This document shows positions 45,739 through 52,509 of a stretch of DNA of 52,509 bases, in pieces. The notes beneath the pieces were generated by a model. The model was not told the origin of the DNA and did not search any database. It saw only the letters and a list, made by a program, of their open reading frames with translations. This stretch comes from a virus (lineage: Duplodnaviria; Caudoviricetes), in IMG/VR virus record IMGVR_UViG_3300011403_000015, positions 1-52,509 of that record; one strand, 5' to 3'. Both the position numbers and the translations under genes were made by a program. Position 1 is the first letter of the stretch, and every line of letters begins with the position of its first letter.

Positions 45739-48359
45739 TGCCCAGTCTGTCCGACCTTTTATTCAAGCGTTTTTACACGGGAAATAACTACTACGCCATA
45801 GGAGGAAAACGCACCAACAGCAACGGCAAAGAAGAGTCCATCTATAACCCTATCATGACTTCTCCTACCGTAGCCATGATAGATCAACATTTAGAAGGGG
45901 ATACTGTTCTAGGTACATACACACTTCGCCAAGACAATACTATACTATGGATGTGCTTCGACGTAGATAGTAGTGATCTAACACTGGCGAAAGATCTAGC
46001 TCTAAAACTAACTACTCTTCTGAAGGGGATTCCTCATGCCGTAGAATTTAGCGGCAACAAAGGCTATCATATATGGGTATTCTTCGCCAAACCTGTTCCC
46101 GCAGAAAACGTAAGAACCATAGCTGCGGAAATGCGAGAATTTGTAGGCGGCAAGGTAGGAGGAGACCCCCATATAGAAATATTTCCCAAGCAAGATAAGC
46201 TCACAAAAAGTAATCCTCTAGGGAACTTGGTAAAGTTACCACTAGGACTACATCCCGTGAGCAAAAACCGCAGTATGTTTATTTCACCAGAAGAAGGATG
46301 GGAAAACGGCACAGCTTTAGATCCCGTAGAAATTCTGAGCCTCACTACAACACTAGAAGACTTCGCTAGTGTCTTAGAGCAAGAGCAAGAAGAAGACCCT
46401 ATTGAGGTTATCGTGCAGACCTTATCCGGCTACTGGCTGGAAGGCCAGCGGCATGACCTTTCACTATTCCTATCCGGCTGGTTAGCTACAGCCGGATGGG
46501 AAAAGGAAGATGCAGTACAAGCCATCGAGAGATTACATGCAGCGGCAGGAGGTGATCTTACCAATCAACTCCAATGCGTACATGATACCTATCAAAAGCA
46601 TGAGGATGGCTTGCAGATATTAGGTTTACAAGCTCTTACTGATCGCTTACCAGGAACGGTAATACGCAAGTTAGCAGACGCTATAGCCAAGCAAACTGTA
46701 ACGCCCATCATGACCTTAATTGACCAGATACGCTTAGGTAAAGGCGTCACCTACCTAAAAAGTAGAAGTGCAGCTACAGCTATCCTAAGTTTTCTGAAAG
46801 AAAAAGGGAGGGTTGTTGTAGACATCGCCAGCGAAAAGCTCTATTGGCTAGATAAGACCAGCCATCATCTATACAGCATGGAAGATAGTCTATGGGATAG
46901 TATATTGTACAATACCTTTGGATTGAACACAGCCGACAGCTTCGGTGCAAGTACAGCCAAAGGCGTTTTTCATAGCGCAAGGGAAAGTGCAAATAAGATT
47001 AAAGCATACAATCGTAGTTATTGGTCAGGGGATAAGCTATACCTAAATTTAGGAACAGCTTACAACTATGTACTTACAGGAGAAGATAGCGGACCAACTA
47101 TCTGGAATAGTAAACACCTCAACGGCGAGGAAGATATTATCTTCAGGAATAGGGATAGTAGTTTACATATAGATTTAGACCAAGCAAGGGATAAAGGGAT
47201 TAAGGCATTAAATCCCTGGAACTTTTTAGTGAATGACCTCAGCTTTGGCATTGGGGCTACAGGCGTATCTCCAGGACAGCAAAAGGAACTAATCAAGGCT
47301 TGGTTCCTTAGTACCTTCTTTCCTGACATTATGCCTACTCGTCCCCTACTGACCATTATTGCTGATCCAGGTGCGGGCAAGACTACGGCAGCACGTAGAT
47401 TCCTGTACATACTGGAAGGACCGCATTCCAACGTGAACGGTGTAGTGGCAGATAAGCCCGATTCGCTGAGAGCTTCGATGGGCGCACATAAGTTCATTGT
47501 GTTGGATAACCTAGAGAAGAACAAGAGCTACTGGCTCGTAGATCTGCTCAATAGAATTTCAACAGGTACACACATTGAACTACGAAAACTGCACACAACC
47601 AACGAAATTCAGAGAATACTACCTGATTGCTTTGTTATCCTCACGGCAACGAGTTTACCCTTTTCAGAGGAAAGTCTATTCACCAGACTATTACCAATCG
47701 AACTTGCTGCGATCCAAAAACCCACGCCAGAATACTCCATGCAGAACAAGATTCTTCACAACATCGACGGTATATGGATGGGGATCATGGGTATGCTCAA
47801 CCAGACAGTTGCAGAGCTTAGAAGGGTGAAGACAGCACCAGCTCCTACTGAAAGTAGGCTTGCAGACTTTACTGTTTTTTGCAATAGGATTAGAGGCATG
47901 ACCAACGGCAGCGAAGGTGTCATCAACGGAGAACTTCTGATAAAGGGTTTGGAGCAGATGACCAACCGTCAGAAAATATTACTCCATGAATCCAGCCCTA
48001 TGATTGCTGTATTAGATATGTGGTTGCGACAAGACCGTGAAGCAGGGGAACGGCAGGGCAGGGGAAGTGAAGGTATAGAAGCGCACCGATGGCACACAGC
48101 TACCGAGCTGAACGGAATCTTCCAGCAAATTGCCGCAAAGATGCACTATCAGTGGATTTGGGAAAGCGGTCAGAGCTTGGGGAAACATATCCAAGCATTG
48201 GAAGCTAATCTTATCCGCAACTACGGGATGCAAATTGTAGCGGCGACCAACAACAGCCCTAAGAAGTTCCGCTTTGTAATTGAGATGATAGAATACGGTG
48301 ATGACCGTAGAAGCGATGTAGAACACATCATTGACCTTAACAGAGAAGAGGAAGAATAG
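45738..48359 (+). CDS. AEP primase-polymerase fused to a P-loop helicase/ATPase
   Basis: CFDVD, EFSGNKGYHIW, GNLVKLPLG; ADPGAGKTT, VLDN. Confidence 0.85.
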   Translation: MPSLSDLLFKRFYTGNNYYAIGGKRTNSNGKEESIYNPIMTSPTVAMIDQHLEGDTVLGTYTLRQDNTILWMCFDVDSSDLTLAKDLALKLTTLLKGIPHAVEFSGNKGYHIWVFFAKPVPAENVRTIAAEMREFVGGKVGGDPHIEIFPKQDKLTKSNPLGNLVKLPLGLHPVSKNRSMFISPEEGWENGTALDPVEILSLTTTLEDFASVLEQEQEEDPIEVIVQTLSGYWLEGQRHDLSLFLSGWLATAGWEKEDAVQAIERLHAAAGGDLTNQLQCVHDTYQKHEDGLQILGLQALTDRLPGTVIRKLADAIAKQTVTPIMTLIDQIRLGKGVTYLKSRSAATAILSFLKEKGRVVVDIASEKLYWLDKTSHHLYSMEDSLWDSILYNTFGLNTADSFGASTAKGVFHSARESANKIKAYNRSYWSGDKLYLNLGTAYNYVLTGEDSGPTIWNSKHLNGEEDIIFRNRDSSLHIDLDQARDKGIKALNPWNFLVNDLSFGIGATGVSPGQQKELIKAWFLSTFFPDIMPTRPLLTIIADPGAGKTTAARRFLYILEGPHSNVNGVVADKPDSLRASMGAHKFIVLDNLEKNKSYWLVDLLNRISTGTHIELRKLHTTNEIQRILPDCFVILTATSLPFSEESLFTRLLPIELAAIQKPTPEYSMQNKILHNIDGIWMGIMGMLNQTVAELRRVKTAPAPTESRLADFTVFCNRIRGMTNGSEGVINGELLIKGLEQMTNRQKILLHESSPMIAVLDMWLRQDREAGERQGRGSEGIEAHRWHTATELNGIFQQIAAKMHYQWIWESGQSLGKHIQALEANLIRNYGMQIVAATNNSPKKFRFVIEMIEYGDDRRSDVEHIIDLNREEEE

Positions 48360-50267
48360 ATGACACAGTTCATACACGGTACACATGATGTAGATGGGCA
48401 TGTTCACATGCTCAACAAACCAGGATGGCTAGTGATCACCGAATCTTTAGGAAGTGATCCCAATGATCATCGAGGTAGAGATTATAACTACTGGACGAGA
48501 TTAGGCTTCAGTATCATAGTACGCCTGAACAACGGCTACCATCCCGTAGGTACAATCCCACAAAACAATGAATACGAAGATTTCGCACAAAGATGTGCGA
48601 ACTTCGTTGCTTCTTCATCCGGCATCACGGTAGCCATCATAGGTAACGAACCCAATCACGAGAACGAAAGACCTTACGGCCAGCTCATTATCCCAACACA
48701 GTATGCCAAGTGTTTTGATATGTGCTATGACCGCATCCATGATGTAGCTCCCACCATCCAAGTAGCCACCTCAGCGGTGGCTCCTTGGGATGCCACTACC
48801 AAGTATCCTGGTAATGAGAAGGGGGATTGGGTGCAGTATTGGATTGAGATGCTGAACGCCATAAAGAAGGCCGATGCCATCACACTCCATACCTACACAC
48901 ACGGCACAGACCCCGCTCTCATCACAAACATGCAACGTATGGATCCACCCTTCCAATCCTATCACTACCACTTTCCCGCTTACCTAGACTTCATGGATAG
49001 GATGCCCACACGCTTCCGTTACTTACCCGTATATATCACCGAAACAGACCAAGTCATCCCCTGGGCTGACCAGAACACAGGATGGGTGCAAGAAGCATAT
49101 AGTGAAATTGACTACTGGAATCACAACAATACACAGAAGATACATTGTCTCGCTCTCTATCGCTCAAGTAAAGCTGATATATGGAGCTTCACCGATAAAC
49201 AAGGAGTTATCGCAGACTTTAAGGAAGCCGTTCAAGCCGGACACCGCTTTCCCATTATTGATGCCCTCCCACCTACGACGCCACAACCGCCAGAAGAGAT
49301 TACGCCATCCCCTCCGCAACCCACTCCCCCCGCACCTGATGTAATAAGGGATATAGATCCTATGCTCATAGTGAGAGGTGTAGAGTTCCATTACGCCACA
49401 CCACCAGAGGGGATATGGTACTGGAAGATTACAAAGGCGCAATGGATGGAGAATGCGGCAGCAACCGTAGGACCAGACCATCATATATTGGGACGAGTGC
49501 TACAAGACGGCAAGGAAGTTGCTGGCATCAAGTTGGAAGTGACCTGGCCTTCCGGCAGCACAGAGATCACGAGCAAAGAAGACCAAGCATCTGCGCTATA
49601 TAACTATGACTTTCCAATGAGCGCATCCCTAAATGAGTATTCTATTCGTGTAGGAGATGGGCCATCCGATAGAGCATCTGGAATTGGAATGGGGAAGAAC
49701 GGCAACCCCAGAGAACATACTTCCACATGGATCACGTGGGAATGGGTAATGGCGAAGGGCATCCCATCTATCCCACCTACCCCACCTATAGATCCAATAG
49801 AGCCAGCTCCCGAAGACTTATCGCATCCATTATCTGGAAGCATTATCACGCAACACTTCTATCAAAATCCCGAAAACTATAGACAGTTCGGTCTAATAGG
49901 GCATAACGGAACGGACTTCGGTGGGAAGAGATTAGGAACACCCGTGAAGTGCATAGCGGGTGGGATTGTAGCGTTCGTAGGGAATGATGTAGCTTACGGG
50001 AACTACGTGCGGGTGAAGCATGGTGGATGGTTGAACTGTTACACTTTCTTCGCGCATTTGGATTCCGTTTCGGTAGCGGCGGGACAAGTAATAGAAGCGG
50101 GACAGGAAGTGGGGAAGTTGGGAACAACGGGGAACAGTACGGGTGTACATCTACACTTGGAAGTACGGTTGATGAATGTGGATGGTACGTATCTGGAAGG
50201 TTGTCCCATGTCGAAGGGGAGAGTAGATCCACAAACGTTCTTCGCAGAGCGCGGATTAAGATTGTGA
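48360..50267 (+). CDS. endolysin: GH-A-like TIM-barrel domain, Pro-rich linkers, C-terminal M23 peptidase
   Basis: IGNEPN and YITET catalytic-Glu motifs; HNGTDFG, FAHL and STGVHLHLEVR M23 motifs. Confidence 0.85.
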   Translation: MTQFIHGTHDVDGHVHMLNKPGWLVITESLGSDPNDHRGRDYNYWTRLGFSIIVRLNNGYHPVGTIPQNNEYEDFAQRCANFVASSSGITVAIIGNEPNHENERPYGQLIIPTQYAKCFDMCYDRIHDVAPTIQVATSAVAPWDATTKYPGNEKGDWVQYWIEMLNAIKKADAITLHTYTHGTDPALITNMQRMDPPFQSYHYHFPAYLDFMDRMPTRFRYLPVYITETDQVIPWADQNTGWVQEAYSEIDYWNHNNTQKIHCLALYRSSKADIWSFTDKQGVIADFKEAVQAGHRFPIIDALPPTTPQPPEEITPSPPQPTPPAPDVIRDIDPMLIVRGVEFHYATPPEGIWYWKITKAQWMENAAATVGPDHHILGRVLQDGKEVAGIKLEVTWPSGSTEITSKEDQASALYNYDFPMSASLNEYSIRVGDGPSDRASGIGMGKNGNPREHTSTWITWEWVMAKGIPSIPPTPPIDPIEPAPEDLSHPLSGSIITQHFYQNPENYRQFGLIGHNGTDFGGKRLGTPVKCIAGGIVAFVGNDVAYGNYVRVKHGGWLNCYTFFAHLDSVSVAAGQVIEAGQEVGKLGTTGNSTGVHLHLEVRLMNVDGTYLEGCPMSKGRVDPQTFFAERGLRL

Positions 50268-50273
50268 TATGAT

Positions 50274-50465
50274 ATGATCACGGCAGGAAGGATGATGACC
50301 TACCCAGGCGAGTTCTGGGTAGGAATGGGAATCTTTGCCATCGTATCTTTTTTGGCTTTGATGACGGAGATATACTGGCGTAAGAGGATAGAATGGGAAC
50401 AGGAGGATATTGCGATTTGGGAGGATTTGTTCTATGCTTTGGAGGGGGAGGGGATAGGGGATTGA
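50274..50465 (+). CDS. small single-TM protein
   Basis: Hydrophobic FWVGMGIFAIVSFLALM; follows the endolysin. Confidence 0.5.
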   Translation: MITAGRMMTYPGEFWVGMGIFAIVSFLALMTEIYWRKRIEWEQEDIAIWEDLFYALEGEGIGD

Positions 50466-50466
50466 C

Positions 50467-50643
50467 ATGACTGGAACTATCTTCGTAGTTAGTATCTTCG
50501 TACTGGCTACCCTTCTTAGTTTGTTCATAGATTACATCGGTGAGCAATATAGGGTGAAGTGGTGGATAAGAGGTGTGATATGGATTGGAAGTCTATCGGT
50601 GATGCTATATGGGATCTTATGGGTTTTAGGGGTGTGGGATTAA
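50467..50643 (+). CDS. 58-aa two-TM protein, holin candidate (not in ORF track)
   Basis: MTGTIFVVSIFVLATLLSLFIDYIGEQYRVKWWIRGVIWIGSLSVMLYGILWVLGVWD*; overlaps the 5' part of ORF 50559. Confidence 0.45.
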   Translation: MTGTIFVVSIFVLATLLSLFIDYIGEQYRVKWWIRGVIWIGSLSVMLYGILWVLGVWD

Positions 50644-50882
50644 AAGATGAACGAGAACTTGAACGGCTTCATAATTGGATTCTGGCGTGGATGCTTTCTG
50701 GGAATGTTGTTCGTGATGGGAGGAGGGTGTATTATCGTGATGGTGGGGATGATGTTAGCGGTGGGGATTGGTATCCTTCCGTGATGTTGGGTGGGGGAGG
50801 TGATGGGAAGGGCGGCGGGGATACGGCAGCACAGATGAGAGAATTGGATTGGATGATGTTAGGTCATGGAAAGGGAGTGGTG

Positions 50883-51308
50883 ATGATGACGAAAGTTAAG
50901 ATGGGGGATCTTACGTTGGAAGAGCGGGAAACTGCGATTGTAGGGAATGCGGGGGATCGTGGAGTGTGGAGAATCTATTCAGATGACCCCGTTATGATTG
51001 GGAGGCTGGAGAAGTTGGGGATGAAGGGAGTGGAGAGGGAGGATGGGATTGGAAAGGAATTTTTAGTGACGGCCAACCAAGTATCATTTAGAAGGGAACG
51101 TATTATGACGGAGGAGGAGAGGAGGATACGAGGAGATAGAGCAAGAGCGGCCTTCGGACACGGCCAGCCGAAGAGTACGGCCCAACCTGTGAGGGAGGTG
51201 GAGAAGTGCGAATATTGCGATGGAACTGGATGGGAAGATGGATTGGTGGAAGGGGAAGATAGGGTGGTGTGTTCGGTATGTGGCGGCACAGGCACTAAAG
51301 ATGACTAA
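50883..51308 (+). CDS. hypothetical protein with C-terminal DnaJ-type zinc finger
   Basis: Part of ORF 50559..51308; GAAAGGGAG RBS before ATG at 50883; CEYCDGTG...CSVCGGTG. Confidence 0.65.
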   Translation: MMTKVKMGDLTLEERETAIVGNAGDRGVWRIYSDDPVMIGRLEKLGMKGVEREDGIGKEFLVTANQVSFRRERIMTEEERRIRGDRARAAFGHGQPKSTAQPVREVEKCEYCDGTGWEDGLVEGEDRVVCSVCGGTGTKDD

Positions 51309-51321
51309 TTGATAGGTTTGA

Positions 51322-52509
51322 GGCATTGTGGCTGTGCGTGCGGTTTAGGCGTACAGCTACAATGCCTTGTGGGGTTTTATTTTGCCTGCGTGTAGGCGTT
51401 TTAAGCGTGTTATGGGTTGTTTAGGTAGTTTGCTATGCTTTATGGGTTTTAAGGGCTTGCGGTGGCTTAATTTTAGGGTAAATTATCATATTTTGACAAA
51501 AATTGACAAAAAAATAAAAATTTTTAGATTATTTTTTGCAAATTTGAGCAGTTTTTATTGCGTATAGTAATATGCCTTACGATTTTTGCTTTTTTTTTGG
51601 GCGTTGGGGGCAAACAATCCTTTTCATTCCCTTATTTTTTCAAAATCTAAAAAAAATAATTTGGAAAATGGGCGTTTTTATCGGAGATGGTTCGGCCGGT
51701 TGGCGGCATTTAGCAACAAAAGATGCAATGCCGCAAGTACCTAGCAAATTTTGTTGCAAAACGGGCTTGCACCAAAAGTTGCAAAGCGGGGGGTAAAATA
51801 CACGTAATTTGTTTGCCAACATTGCCCCTAAACCTTTTGCCGTATTGCAACGTAATATGCTAAAAATAGGGGGTGCGGCGGGCAGGCAGGCAATAGCACA
51901 TATGGGCTACATAGCACATATGTGCTAGGGGGTGCGGTAGTTAACATAATAATAAAATGCCGTGTACCCCCTTTATTTTGGCCTACAAAGGCGGGTTGCC
52001 TTTGCAGGTATAAACTAGCATGGTGGGTAATTATAACCGTGTTGCGGTACTTACCCTTATTATTACACTGGTAATACTGCCTTTGCAGGTAAAATGGCGG
52101 GTTACCCAAATTATTGTGCAACAAAAATTGTAAACTGTTAAAAGGTGTTTTAACAGTTAGGGGGGTAAGGTGTTTTGCGGTATACCGCACCCCAAAATGG
52201 GGGGCGCAGGCAGTACCCCCACGGGGGGTAGGCCCCCTAAAAGGCAGGGGGTTAGTGTAGCGCACACCCATACCCATTGCACATTATATTGCGGCGGGGG
52301 GTAAGGTATAAAGGCAAAGGGATTGCCCTTTTTATTTATTGCCTATATACCCCCCCCCTATATATACCCTATACAAATTTTTATATTATTATAAAACCTT
52401 TGTATAACCTTAATACCTTACATTACCTTACACCTGCCGTAAACCTGCCCACCCCATTACCAACCCGCCCCCCGCACAATACCTTAATACCTTACGCCAA
52501 ACCCCCAAA
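51322..52509. other. right-end non-coding region, largely GA/TC-free, with short direct and inverted repeats
   Basis: No GA/TC in 51322-51485; a single GA (52321) in 51724-52509; TGCCTTTGCAGGTA at 51997 and 52078; inverted repeat at 52133-52158; TACCTTA repeats near the end. Confidence 0.8.

Noticed and set aside
51493-51530. Tandem TTGACA hexamers as a promoter
   Set aside because: Best -10 match is TAGATT at 16 bp spacing and no credible downstream gene follows; too weak to call
51828-52277. 149-aa minus-strand ORF in the right-end region
   Set aside because: It has no Asp or Glu, no RBS and no recognisable motif; the GA/TC void removes TGA stops and favours spurious ORFs. The missing D/E does corroborate the void.
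1-52509. Lysogeny module, diversity-generating retroelement, or stop-codon recoding
   Set aside because: No integrase, repressor or reverse transcriptase ORF seen; genes are full-length and densely packed under the standard code

Overview
The window is an apparently near-complete genome of a tailed dsDNA phage with a siphovirus-type tail and no recognisable integrase or repressor, so it is probably lytic. A Chloroflexota-like host is a weak inference from the endolysin architecture. It has three blocks. (i) 0.2-10.3 kb, + strand: small early/hypothetical genes separated by repeated double-hairpin elements, plus DUF932 and HNH genes. (ii) 10.3-35.8 kb, - strand: packaging, head and tail genes, carrying a GT4 glycosyltransferase and a ParB-like + Mom-like cassette between two small-terminase-like paralogues. 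(iii) 36.0-51.3 kb, + strand: SNF2 helicase, AAA recombinase, SSB, RuvC-like resolvase, a nucleotide-modification-like cluster (FAD-binding protein, dUTPase-like/HAD fusion, DUF1599-like, variant ThyX), PolA, primase-helicase and endolysin. The most striking signal is non-genic. The large non-coding regions (7101-7278, 35863-36013, 51322-51485, 51724-52509) contain essentially no GA/TC dinucleotides, although these are abundant elsewhere, and three of the four share an AAAACACC motif. Together with the Mom-like, glycosyltransferase and ThyX-variant genes, this suggests a sequence-specific DNA hypermodification system whose cis-acting sites are kept modification-free. That link is a hypothesis. 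All product calls come from motif recognition by eye, without database searches.
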